In this document: positions 25,832 to 36,413 of the stretch, piece by piece
How positions within the stretch are numbered: position 1 is the stretch's first letter
Layout: each line of letters opens with the position of its first letter
Source of the DNA: Terriglobia bacterium
GTDB taxonomy: Bacteria; Acidobacteriota; Terriglobia; JAJPHL01; JAPKYU01
NCBI GenBank assembly: GCA_965206645.1
Contig: CBDBKE010000004.1
Coordinates: 1,632,001 to 1,696,000, forward strand
DNA length: 64,000 bases
Direction: 5' to 3'
Notes under the pieces: generated by a model
The model's input: only the letters and a program-made list of their open reading frames with translations
Told to the model about the DNA's origin: nothing
The model's database searches: none
Program-made: the position numbers and the translations under genes

Positions 25832-26711
25832 CTATAAACCTGGAAGGAGACCGCGTATTTCTTCCAACAGCGGCGCTCGCTCGCCGCCGCTACTGTCAAT
25901 GAACTGCCGGATATGGGGATAGAAAACCGAAAAGCGCGTGTAAATAGAGAAGTCGGTCGGGCAGGCATCTCCGGCATTGCTATCGCCGCTGCTCAGTGCC
26001 CCCACTACGGTTCCAGGGCTGCTGAAGATGGCGGACCCGGAAGAGCCTCCCTCCGTGTAGCCTCGTCCCGGTGGATAGGAGACGACGGCGTAGACATCGT
26101 CGGAAGTTCCAAAACCCGGGTTGGGAATGATCTGACCGAAGGAAATCCGTTTGAAGAAGCCCCAATCGGCGCTCCCGGCGCTCCCGGGATGATGAATGCC
26201 GGTGACCTGCGCGTCGAAAGGTTGAGGGTCCGCGTCCCATCCCTGGAACATCACAGCGTCCGGTAAATCACCCTCAAGCCGCAGCAGCGTCATATCGCCG
26301 TCGGGATACGGTTCGCCGCCGCCCAAAGTGGAAAGCAGAGCCGCGCCCGTGGTGCGCGGTACGCTCTGAAAAGCTGGCAGATCTCCGTTGCAGGTTTGGG
26401 TCTGATAAAACCAGTGCGCTACCACGCTCCGCGCTTCCGCCTCGGTAGCCACGCAGTGGGCGGCGGTGAGGAAGTAGGGGGTGGAGTCCTGCTGGCGGTT
26501 ATTCAGCAATGTGCCCGAACAGATAGAACTGCTCTCGCTTGTCTCATAGAGAATTCCCGCGACGCCCGCCGCTGAACTCGACCATTCGGGGTAGCAGGTC
26601 ACGTCAAGGTGACAGTCCTCGGTGTCCGTCTCCACTGTCGCCGTGAGCGTGCCCTCGGCGACGACGCCCGTATCATAGACGGCTATCGAGACAAAGTAGG
26701 TTCCTGCGCGA
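25832..26711 (-). pseudogene. Trypsin-like serine protease (lysyl endopeptidase-like), 5'-truncated by IS6
   Basis: CSGTLLNN, YFLTAAHC (His), DMTLLRL (Asp), EGGSSGS (Ser). The frame runs into the IS6 end. Confidence 0.85.
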
Positions 26712-27515
26712 GGTACTGTCAAGTTCAGTGGGAGCGTGGCAGACTTGGCCGATGAAACGCGACACGCTGAGCTACCATGGATATCGATTCCCACCTGACA
26801 TTATCAGCCACGCCGTCTGGCTGTATCACCGCTTCGGTGTGAGCTTTCGCGATGTCGAAGATCTCCTGGCCCAACGCGGCATTACGGTGTCCTACGAAGC
26901 GATCCGGCTGTGGTGCCTCACGTTCGGTTCAGTATACGCTCGCCGGCTCAAGCGTCGACAGGGCCGGCTGGGCGACATCTGGCACCTGGACGAGGTCTTC
27001 GTCACCATCCAGGGACAGCGGCGCTATCTCTGGCGTGCCGTCGATCAAGATGGTGACGTCATCGATATCCTCGTCCAGTCGCGTCGCGACTGTCGGGCGG
27101 CTACACGCTTTTTCCGCAAGCTGTTGAAGGGCCAGGAGCGTACGCCTGGGCGGTTGGTCACCGACAAGCTGAGCAGCTACAGGGCTGCGCACCGAGCGGT
27201 CATGCCGTCCGTCGCCCATCGCACGGACCGATACGAGAACAATCGCGCCGAAGTCTCCCACCAGCCCACACGGCAACGCGAGCGACAAATGCGCCGGTTC
27301 AAATCTCCCGGGCAGGCACAACGATTCTTGTCCGTGCATGGACTCGTCCGCAACCTCTTCCGCGTTGGCCGTCACCTGGTGCGAGCGGTGCATCATCGGG
27401 AGCTACGAGGACGCTCTTTTCTCATTTGGGATGCAGTCACGATCGCCGCCTGACTCGAACTGAGATCACGATCCCGAGTACCGGCTCGCTCGACGAACGC
27501 TAACTTGACAGTACC
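26712..27515 (+). mobile_element. IS6-family element, transposase ~26752-27453
   Basis: Perfect 14-bp TIR GGTACTGTCAAGTT, YRFPPDII, WHLDEVF, TDK, NNRAEVSH. No target duplication. Confidence 0.95.
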
Positions 27516-28110
27516 CCGCGAGCTGCTCGACAGCATCAAGACCGTCCGAAAGACGAAGCGCAAGGACGGAACGGAATCAGAGGAACCGTCCCTTGTCGGC
27601 CTGCGCGATCGCGCCCTCATCGGCGCAATGGTCTACACCTTCGCGCGCGTCAACGCCGTGCTGCAGATGAAAGTGCGCGACTACTTCGTGCAGGGCCGCC
27701 GCGGCTGGGTCCGCCTGCACGAGAAAGGCGGCAAGGAGCATGAGGTTCCTTGTCACCACAGTCTGGAGCAGTACCTCGACGAATACATCGCCGCCGCCGG
27801 CATCGCGGGAGATCCGGACGCGCCTTTATTTCAGACGGCTGCCGGCAAGACCGGCGCGCTCACCGGCAAGACCCTGTGGCAGCAGGACGCCTATCGCATG
27901 ATCCAGCGGCGGACGCGCGGCACTGGCATCAAGACGAGGATCGGGAACCATACCTTCCGGGCGACCGGCATCACCGCGTACCTGAAGAACAAGGGGACGC
28001 TTGAAGCCGCGCAGCACATCGCCAACCACGAGTCGCCGCGAACCACGAAGCTCTACGACCGAAGGCAGGATGAGATTTCCATCGATGAAGTCGAGCGGAT
28101 TGCCATTTAG
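27516..28110 (+). pseudogene. Tyrosine recombinase C-terminal fragment truncated by IS6
   Basis: GLRDRALI, FARV, EKGGK, HTFRATG, ANHESPRTTKLYD. Confidence 0.85.
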
Positions 28111-28124
28111 GTTCAGAATGAGAG

Positions 28125-28346
28125 TTTAGGCCGTATTCCTTCCGCCACCGGTAGTAGGTTTGGGTGTGGATTCCAGCTTCTTTGCAGGCTTGGGGCGCAG
28201 TCTTCCCGTTCCCCATCTGCACTTCTATCTGCCGTAGCACCGCTACAATCTGCTCCGGCTTGTAACTCCTTGTCGGCATGACCTCACTTCCTCCTCAAGT
28301 GGATTCTCTCTCTTTCCACTTGGTACAAAAAGTGCCGGTCAGGTCA
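28125..28346 (-). mobile_element. IS3-family remnant (left end and partial orfA)
   Basis: TGACCTG terminus and YKPEQIV...QTYYRWRKEYG. Confidence 0.8.
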
Positions 28347-28434
28347 CCTCCTTACTAGAGGCTTTGATTTTGCCGCAAAACTCTCATCCCCACTGGTTCA
28401 GTTTTCTGGGAACCCATCAGGGATTCCAGCCCCT

Positions 28435-29445
28435 TCAAGGTCGTCTAACACAGAACTCCGGTGTCAGGTGTCTGTCAACCCTCTGATGGATCGGTTGGAC
28501 CTTCATTGCGGCGATTATGTGCGTGGGTTTGATACGGCCTTCGTCGATCAACCGTTGGTCGAGTTCGTGCACACGATCGATAAACTCCAGATCTTTCGGA
28601 TTGTTGGGATCGAAATTGTGTCCGAATGAACGATCGATAAACGGATCAACAAGGTTCCCATACCCAAAGAACAGCTCGAAGTGGAATCGCTCCATGAGCA
28701 GAGGCAGGATATCCTGAGATCGAATCCCCTCGAAGCCTTCGGTTGAACAATCCCAGTTGACGAACTGCTTCTCCAGTCTCTTTAGTTGATGATTGTACTT
28801 ATACCGATCGGGGAGTTCATTCCACAGTTCATTGACGATCTCTAACGCTTCCGGCCATCGCATGTGACCGTTGCGACCGATCATGTCATCGGTCAAGAAA
28901 TACCCGTCGTCCTCAAGCAATTCCGCAACACGATCGAAAAGCAACTCCAGCTCAACGAAATGGTGAAGGCAGTGGATTGCAAGCACGGCCTGGTACTTTC
29001 GTTTGGGCATCCACGAGTTGATGTCGCACGTGACGAAGGACATGTTGTCTGCGATGCCTTGTTGCTCCGCGGCGGACTCGCCCCTCTCCAGCATGGTCGG
29101 GTTGATATCGATGCAGTCGAGGCTGAAATTCTTTTTGCCTTCCTGAACCAGCCTCTTGACGATTTCTAGATCGAACTCGCAATTGCCCGCACCGATACTG
29201 ACGAATCTGTTATGGATTTCGGGGGACGATGCGCATATCCGTCCAAGATATTGACCGAAGAACTCTATCGCACTCGTGAAACCGAACGGTTTCAGTCGTG
29301 CGATAAGGTACTTGTTCGACCAGTAGTGAAATATATCCGGGAGGTCGTGCACCTTGGTGCACTGTTCGAAGTGCTCTAGCTCACGTGCGAGACGCTGCTG
29401 GTAATCAGTATCAGCCGGAATTTCCATTTTGAGCTTCACCTTCAC
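28435..29445 (-). CDS. Class I SAM-dependent methyltransferase
   Basis: FVSIGAGNC, CIDIN, CLHHF, LLEDDGYF. Confidence 0.85.
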   Translation of the reverse strand: MKVKLKMEIPADTDYQQRLARELEHFEQCTKVHDLPDIFHYWSNKYLIARLKPFGFTSAIEFFGQYLGRICASSPEIHNRFVSIGAGNCEFDLEIVKRLVQEGKKNFSLDCIDINPTMLERGESAAEQQGIADNMSFVTCDINSWMPKRKYQAVLAIHCLHHFVELELLFDRVAELLEDDGYFLTDDMIGRNGHMRWPEALEIVNELWNELPDRYKYNHQLKRLEKQFVNWDCSTEGFEGIRSQDILPLLMERFHFELFFGYGNLVDPFIDRSFGHNFDPNNPKDLEFIDRVHELDQRLIDEGRIKPTHIIAAMKVQPIHQRVDRHLTPEFCVRRP

Positions 29446-30125
29446 CCGAAAACCTATGCCTCTTACCCTGTCGTGTCAATCGCAAATCGCCCGGGCCTCT
29501 TTGAGGTGGTAGTGCGGCACATTTTGGCTGTTCTTCGGAGTCGCTGTGCGGGTTTCGCCTGCCCAGCCTGCCTCGCCGCTGACACTTGTCCGGCCCGACC
29601 ACTTCTGAGCACCTAAAATTAGGGGACTATAGACAATAGTCACATTCCAGGCTACGGCACTACGGCTTGACCTTCCGCCGGACGATCACTTGGCGACCGA
29701 TTGCCCTAGCGAGTTTTTCTGGTGTCGTTCGGATGCTCATATCAGCCTCCATATCGGCCTTTGAAGGTTGATAGGCATGGTGCGCCAGTTCTACTATTGG
29801 TTTCGTTCGAGGTCTTTTCTTTTGCTTAGGGGAGTATAGACCTAAGTCACAATTCTATTGACAACCCTAACCCGCTTATACTATAGCCATAATTGAGGGG
29901 ATTGCAAATGCCAAAGAAGGCGCCTGGAAAAAGCCACCGCAATGAATTCGCGTGTGGGTCGGCTTGGCGGCCACTCGCACGATTCTCGCAATCTCACATT
30001 CCTGTTCCGGAGCCGCGAGGCCACAACCCATAGGGTGTACCTGAATGAAGTGGATATCCTACTTTGAAGATTATCTCGCTTGATGTTCTCAAAATGGAGC
30101 GAGCACAGGGTTCTCTGTTTAAGAC

Positions 30126-30797
30126 ATGAGCCGCGTGGAATCCTTCTTGAACAAGATGCGCGAAGATTGGAACCGCCGAGCCCGCGAGAATGCATATCAC
30201 TACATCAACACAGCGAGAGAGAATTGGGACCCTAGGGAGTTTTTTGAGACTGGAAACAGAAATGTTGCCGAGCAAGTCTTAAACGACATGGAAGGGGTGT
30301 GCCGTGGAAAACCGCCGAAGGTGATGCGCGTATTGGAAATCGGATGCGGGGGCGGTCGGCTAACGCGCGCCTTGGCGGCAACCTTCGGCGAGGTTCACGG
30401 AGTGGACGTGAGTGACGAAATGATCTCTATGGCCAGGGCTAGCCTAGCTGACTTGCCGAACGTGCATCTGCACTTGAACAATGGAGCAGACTTAGCTGGG
30501 ATGACAGATCACTCTTTTGACTTCGCGTTTTCTTTTCTGGTGTTCCAGCACATCTCAAGCCGCGAGGTTATCGAGAGCTATGTGAGAGAAGTGTGCCGTG
30601 TCCTAAGACCCGAATCTCTCTTCAAGTTTCAGTTGCAGGGCTACGCTGAAACGCAACCGGAGGCCGACGATACTTGGATTGGCGCGCCTTACACTATCGA
30701 GCAAGCGACGAAGTTAGCAAACGACTGTGGTTTTGAACTTCGAGATCACCATGGAGTCAGCAGCCAGTACTTTTGGTTGTGGTTCTTAAAACCATGA
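30126..30797 (+). CDS. Class I SAM-dependent methyltransferase (passenger gene)
   Basis: VLEIGCGGGRL, GVDVSDEMI, SFDFAFS, VFQHI, RVLRP. Confidence 0.92.
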   Translation: MSRVESFLNKMREDWNRRARENAYHYINTARENWDPREFFETGNRNVAEQVLNDMEGVCRGKPPKVMRVLEIGCGGGRLTRALAATFGEVHGVDVSDEMISMARASLADLPNVHLHLNNGADLAGMTDHSFDFAFSFLVFQHISSREVIESYVREVCRVLRPESLFKFQLQGYAETQPEADDTWIGAPYTIEQATKLANDCGFELRDHHGVSSQYFWLWFLKP

Positions 30798-30964
30798 AGA
30801 AACCTAAGCGCAACAAGCTTATTGTGCACCTTATGCCCAGTTCGTACCAGCCTTCCAAAGCTGAGTTGGAGGCCGACATGAGTGTCAAGGCAACGCCTGG
30901 GGAATTGGCCCGCGCCTTGGGGCGGCAAGTTACTGTGCGAAAGCGCAAGATGAGGAAATTGTGA
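30794..30964 (+). CDS. Small basic protein at the cassette end
   Basis: ATGA-coupled to the methyltransferase, stop lies inside the TIR, paralogous to the ORF at 29660-29828. Confidence 0.7.
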   Translation: MKKPKRNKLIVHLMPSSYQPSKAELEADMSVKATPGELARALGRQVTVRKRKMRKL

Positions 30965-31437
30965 CTTAGGTCTATAATCCCCTTTGCTTACTCATGTAGA
31001 ATTTAGTTGCCGTGCTTGATCGGCGCTCACAGTCATCTCCATTCCGGCAGATAATCCAAAAGCAGTGACGTTTCCGAGCATGGTGGGCCTCCTGCCACTT
31101 TGTGGATATCATCGGTACGTTCCTGATCTTTACAATCAGATCGCACACTGTAAATCCAGCTTCTTCAGCCATTCTCATGTAGTCGCAGTGCGGCCATCTC
31201 GACTTATGGTTGTTCACCATATCTGTAATCTTTGCGATCAGAATACTCTCTCGTTTTAGCCAGGATTTCCTTTATGACCTTTCTGGCAGAGATAAAGCAT
31301 GGCCGCAATGCAACGGTTTCGCACTACTGCCCCGTTCGGTACTCCTTTCGCTGCCGCTGCGGTGCCCGTGTCTGGGCGCTCCTGAAGAGCATTGAGGAGG
31401 CGGAGGCTGCGTCCTGCCGCACGGTAGGAGGGGGCCG

Positions 31438-31843
31438 CTAGGCCTCGCCGGGCCGGGCCATGCGGTAGCCGACGCCGCGCTCGTTGAATATCCAGGCCGG
31501 CCGGGCGCCGTCGTCGCCGAGCTTGTTGCGCAACCGCTTGACGTAGGCGCGCACGATCTTGGGGTTGGCGTTGACGCGTCCGGCCCAGACCTGGCGCAGC
31601 AGGGCCTGGTGAGTCAGGACCCGTCCGGCGCCCTGCGCGAGCACGCGCAGCAACTCGTACTCGGTCGCCGCCAGCGTCACCGGGCGACCGGCCACGCTGA
31701 CCCGGCGCCGGTCGTAGTCGATGGCGAGATCGCCGAGTACGAAGGGGGCCTGGTTGGACCGCCGGCGCAGGGCCGCCCGGATGCGCGCGGTGAGCTCGGT
31801 CGGCGAGAAGGGCTTGACGACATAGTCGTCGGCGCCGGCCTCC
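31438..31843 (-). pseudogene. OmpR/KdpE-family response regulator, 5'-truncated by IS3
   Basis: GADDYVVKPFSPTEL, TEYELL, LRNKLGDD, GVGYRM. Confidence 0.85.
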
Positions 31844-32348
31844 TGACCTGCCCCCGGTTATTGGTCCACCTTCCATGGTAGTCCATACGCCGTTGCAGCC
31901 GGGTGGAGCGGAGCGGAACCCGGCGGTAACGGCAGGATCACTTCCGGGGCTGGCGGCCGGTAGCCCAACGCGCTGTGCGGGCGAACTCTGTTATACTCCC
32001 GCCGCCATCCCTCAATCAACACCTTCGCTTCCCGCAAGGTGTAAAAGATCTCTCCATTCAGAAACTCGTCTCGAAACTTCCCGTTAAACGATTCTACATA
32101 CCCGTTTTCCCAGGGGCTCGCAGGCTCGATGAACAGGGTTTTCACCCCGACCCGTTCCAGCCAGTCCCGTACCAACCGAGCGGTGAACTCGGACCCATTA
32201 TCCGAGCGAAGGTAATCGGGAACTCCCCGCTCCACAAACAAGGCTGCTAGCCGTTCCAAAACACTCATCGAATCGGCTCGCCGTTCTACGTCGATCGCCA
32301 AACACTCTCGCGTGTATTCATCCACCACCGTCAAGATCTTCAGTGGAC
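31844..32348 (-). mobile_element. IS3-family remnant (orfB integrase core and right end)
   Basis: VVDEYTRECL, RSDNGSEF, PWENGYVESFNG, PHSALGY, with a TGACCTGCCCC terminus. Confidence 0.88.
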
Positions 32349-32479
32349 GGTACTGTCAAGTTAAGCAGTTTGGCGGCATTCTCGCCGCCCGCCGCCACCG
32401 CTAAGTCATTGATTCTCAGTCTCTGATCCAGCAGAATCCTTCCGCAAAACGGGCGAATTCTGCTCAACTTGACAGTACC
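32349..32479. mobile_element. 131-bp MITE with IS6-type ends
   Basis: TIRs identical to the IS6 at 26712-27515 (GGTACTGTCAAGTT...AACTTGACAGTACC), no ORF. Confidence 0.88.
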
Positions 32480-34834
32480 GTTCAGGATCATCTATTGCCA
32501 CGCGTGACGGTGGTAAATCCCATTCGCCAGCCGGCGGTTCGATCTGTGTCGCTTCCCGCTTCGGTCGAGGCTTTTGAAAAAGCCACTCTGTACGCGAAAG
32601 TGGCCGGTTACCTGCAATGGATCAAGGTAGACAAAGGGGATCGGGTCAGGAAAGGCCAGGTGCTGGCCTTGATCGAAGTGCCAGAGATGGAGAAGGAGCA
32701 CCAAAGCACCAAGGCTGGGGTACTGGAGGCGCAAGCCGCATATGAACGCGCCCAGGCTGACGCCGCGCTCAAGGAACTGACTTTCAAGCGGCTCGCCAAC
32801 GTGAAGGTGACCTGCCTGGCGATTTCCGGACCAGCTGAAGCCTGAGAGAATGGCGCCCTCGGAGAAACGAGGGAGCCATGAAGAAGACCCGGTTTACCGA
32901 AGAGCAGATGGTGACGATCCTCCGCGAGGCCGATCAGCGGCCCGTTCCGGAGGTGGCCAAAAAGAACGGCGTCAGCGCCCAGACGCTCTACGCCTGGCGG
33001 AAACACTTCGGCACGTTGGAGCCCGCCGATGTGAAGCGGCTGCGGCAGCTCGAGCAGGAGAACGGCCGGCTGAAAAAGATGGTGGCCGATCGAGATCTGG
33101 AGATCGACGTGCTCAAGGAGATCACCCGAAAAAAATGGTAGGCGCACGCGTGCGCCGGCCGCAGGTCGCGTATGCACGTGCACGCGGTCTGTCGGGTCGC
33201 CGCGCGTGCGCCTTGCTCTCCGTCGCACGGTCCACGCTGGGCTACCAGTCGCGGCTGGTCGACCGGGATGCCCCGGCGCTGGCCGCGATGCGTCGTCTGG
33301 CGGCGCAGTATCCGCGGTACGGCTATCGCCGGATTCGGATTTTCCTAAAACGCGAAGGGCACACGATGAGCACGGACCGGACCCATCGCCTCTGGCGCCA
33401 GGCGGGGTTGCAGGTGCCTCGGCGGCGGCCGCGGCGCCGGGTCGCCCTGAGCCGGCCCCGCCCGGTGCCCGCCACTGCGGTCAATCACGTCTGGGCGTAC
33501 GACTTCGTGTTCGACACCTGCGCGAATGGGCAGACGCTCAAGTGCCTCACCGTCGTCGACGAATGGACCCGCGAGTCACTCGCGATCGACGTGGCCGGCG
33601 GCATTCGGTCCGGGCGCGTTATCGAGGTGCTCACGCAGCTCGTGAGCGTCCACGGAGCCCCACGTTACCTCCGGTCCGACAACGGCCCCGAGTTTGTCGC
33701 GGGTGCGATTCTCCGGTGGCTGCTCCAGGCGCAGATCGAAACCGCGCTCATCGAGCCGGGGAAGCCGTGGCAGAATGCGACCGACGAATCGTTCAACGGG
33801 AAGTTCCGCGACGAGTATCTGAGCCTGCAGTGGTTTCGGAACCGCGTGGACGCGAAGGTGGGGATCGAGCAATGGCGACGGCACTACAACGACGTGCGAC
33901 CGCACTCGAGCCTTGGCTATCTGACGCCAGCCGAGTTCAAAGCGCAGCTCCGTGCTGGCTCGGATGACGGTGGGCGCTCGCCGGCGATGCCGGCTCACGC
34001 TGACCAAGAAGAACGCGAGAGCGACTTAACCATGCCGACTGGCGCTGTTCTCCAGTAATCGGTGGTCCGAAGAAAGCCGGCAGGTCAAAGGAATCCCAAC
34101 CGGAAGTAATTGCCCAGCAGGAGGTGGACACAGCCCGGGCGGCCTATGAGGTTGCGCAAGCAGAGGTGAAACTGGCCAAGGCCAGGATCGGGCTGGCACG
34201 CTCCCAGGTGGAGAGGCTGGAAACCCTGATGGAGTATGCCAAGATCAAGTCACCCTACAACGGGGTGGTCACCGAGCGGTATGTGGACCCCGGCGCCATG
34301 ATCCAGCAGGGGACGAGTTCGGCGGGCGGCGTCTCCCCGGTGGTCAAGGTCGTGAATATGGCCAAGGTCCGCATCTACGTCTACGTCCCGGAACCGGACG
34401 TCCCCTTTGTCGACCGAGGCGATCCGGTCCGCCTGGTCCTGGATGCCTACCCGGGAAGAGAATTCCCGGCGCGCATCACTCGCTTCGCCGGCGCGCTCGA
34501 TCCCCAGACACGCACCATGAAGACGGAGATGGATCTGGCCAACCCTGGCTATCTCCTACGGCCGGGAATGTACGGGAACGCCACGCTGGAATTGGATCGG
34601 GAAGAAGACGCGCTGTTTCTTCCCGCCGAGAGCGTGCGCCAGAACGCCGACGGGAGTCGCTTTGTGTTCACCGTCACTGAGGGCCGCATCCGCAAGGTGG
34701 CGGTCGAGACCGGGTTAGACGATGGAAGGCTGACACAAATCAGGGGCCTGGGAGGAAATGAAACCTGTGTGCTGACGAGCACGGGAAATCTCCAGGAGGG
34801 TTTGGCGGTGACCGCGGTCCAGACCGCGCCCTGA
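32480..34834 (+). pseudogene. RND efflux membrane fusion protein, 5'-truncated by the MITE and interrupted by IS3
   Basis: AKVAGYL...VDKGDRVRKGQ. Removing the IS restores RLANVK-ESQPEVIAQQEVD in frame. IKSPYNGVV and LRPGMY follow. Confidence 0.9.
32808..34087 (+). mobile_element. Intact IS3-family (IS407-like) element; orfA 32878-33141, orfB to 34058
   Basis: TGACCTGCC...GGCAGGTCA ends, 4-bp TSD AAGG, A7 slippery run at 33129-33135, DDE core. Confidence 0.95.
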
Positions 34835-34913
34835 TGCAGTCCCACGCCGAGCCGCGCCCGTAAGGGAACGGTCACTCGAGTTACAGCTGACTCAGTCAAA
34901 CAGAAGGAGCACC

Positions 34914-36257
34914 ATGGCCAGGAACATCGTGTTGCTCGTCTTTCTCTTCGCCTCTTGGCTTTCCACTGCTCAAGCCCTGGTGACTCACGCAGCCGATGTC
35001 CCGGCGCAGCAAGCGGGAAACCTCCAGCCGCTTTCGGTGGAGGAGGCGGTCCAGATTGCTCTGGAAAAGCATCCCGCGCTGCGACAGGCCCAAGCTGCCG
35101 TGGAGAGGGCGGAGGCAGAGATCAAACAGGTGCGGGCTAGCTACTTTCCCCAACTGAGCTTGGGTGGCATTGGCAAACTTGGACTTTCCGGGGCCACCGG
35201 CGCGCTGGGGCTGGCGGGCTTTCCCGCCTCACCCTTTTTTCGCAACGTCGCCTACTCGGCCAACTGGTACCAGGCGATCTTTGACTTCGGGCGAACCAAA
35301 CACCGTGTGGCTTCCCGAAAAGCGATGGCCGAGAGTGCCCGGCTGCAAAAAGAAGCAGAGGCAGATCGGATTGTGCTCGCCGTGAGGCGCGCTTACTTTT
35401 CCGTTTTGGAAGCCCAGCGACTGCGGAAGGTCGCCGAGCACACGGTTCGAGAAAGGCGCCTGACCCTGCGGCGGGTCCAGGCCTATTTCCAGGCGCAGTT
35501 GCGGTCAAGGTTGGACGTAAACCTGGCCCGGGCGAATCTGGCCGAAGCTGAGGGAAACTTGGTCCGAGCTAGGAACGCCGTCCGCACGGCCTTCGCTGCT
35601 TTGCAAGCGGCTATGGGGATCGAGCAGCCGCGTTCCTACACGTTGCAGGAACCTGGCCTGGAGATGCTCTCCCTCCCGCCACTGGAACAGTTGGTACAAA
35701 GGGGCATTGCCAGTCGCCCGGACCTTCAGGCGCTAGAAGCAAAGGTAACGGCGCTATTCGAACAGGTTGGTGTGGCCCAGAGCGAGCGTCTCCCGGAACT
35801 CCGTGGCTTCGGGGCCGCGGGACAGGGGCGCTTCCGCGGAACCCAGGTGAAGAAGAACCAGCGGCATGGGGTCGGCGCCCTTGGGGTATTTTTCCCTTTT
35901 TTCACTGGCGGACGGTTGAAAGCCGAAAAACAGGAGGCACGCGCGGACCTGGAGGGCGCACTGGCGTTGCGCGACAGGCTGCGACAGCAGATCCGCTTCG
36001 AGGTAACGAAGTCCTATTATCAACTGCTCGATCTGACCGAACGCATCCAGATCGCGGCCGAACAGAAACGGGCGGCGCAAGAAGCGCTCCTCCTGGCACA
36101 GACGCGCTTCCAGGTGCAGTTGGCCTCCTTCTTGGAGTTGACCACCGCGGAGGTCGTCCTGACCCGGGCGGAAACCAACCACGCCCGAGCCCTGTTCGAT
36201 CATCAGCGGGCCCGCGCTGAGCTGGAGTTTGCTACCAGTCAAAGCGTTGGGCAGTAG
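34914..36257 (+). CDS. TolC-family outer membrane efflux protein
   Basis: Signal peptide, LSVEEAVQIALEKHP, IFDFG, and a repeated OEP pattern, downstream of the MFP gene. Confidence 0.9.
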   Translation: MARNIVLLVFLFASWLSTAQALVTHAADVPAQQAGNLQPLSVEEAVQIALEKHPALRQAQAAVERAEAEIKQVRASYFPQLSLGGIGKLGLSGATGALGLAGFPASPFFRNVAYSANWYQAIFDFGRTKHRVASRKAMAESARLQKEAEADRIVLAVRRAYFSVLEAQRLRKVAEHTVRERRLTLRRVQAYFQAQLRSRLDVNLARANLAEAEGNLVRARNAVRTAFAALQAAMGIEQPRSYTLQEPGLEMLSLPPLEQLVQRGIASRPDLQALEAKVTALFEQVGVAQSERLPELRGFGAAGQGRFRGTQVKKNQRHGVGALGVFFPFFTGGRLKAEKQEARADLEGALALRDRLRQQIRFEVTKSYYQLLDLTERIQIAAEQKRAAQEALLLAQTRFQVQLASFLELTTAEVVLTRAETNHARALFDHQRARAELEFATSQSVGQ

Positions 36258-36413
36258 GCCAGAACCGGGCCCCGGCTCTCGCCATCAAAAGCGAAACTGA
36301 ATCTGGGAATGCACCTTACTGTGCGGCCTTCCCCTTGTTCCAGCCCTGGGCCTGATTTGCCCTCGGTAGGTTGCCGCGCCGGGAGCGAAGGCCTGGTCAG
36401 GCGTGGCCGTGGG

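Larger units (their letters stand above)
29829..30982 (+). mobile_element. Non-autonomous IS1595-like cassette carrying a methyltransferase
   Basis: 26-bp TIRs GGGGA(G/T)TATAGACCTAAGTCACAATT, exact 8-bp TSD TTTGCTTA (29821-29828 and 30983-30990), and no transposase. Confidence 0.9.
29622..31265 (-). mobile_element. Outer IS1595-like remnant: one TIR, an interrupted small terminal ORF and a passenger gene fragment
   Basis: TIR at 29622-29646 matches the inner TIR at 20/25 positions. ORF MSKQKKRPRTKPIVELAHHAYQPSKADMEADMSI... is restored by removing 29829-30990. Confidence 0.7.

Noticed and set aside
26712-32479. IS6 plus MITE as a composite transposon with TSD
   Set aside because: The outer flanks (CTGCGCGA and GTTCAGGA) do not match directly or as reverse complements.
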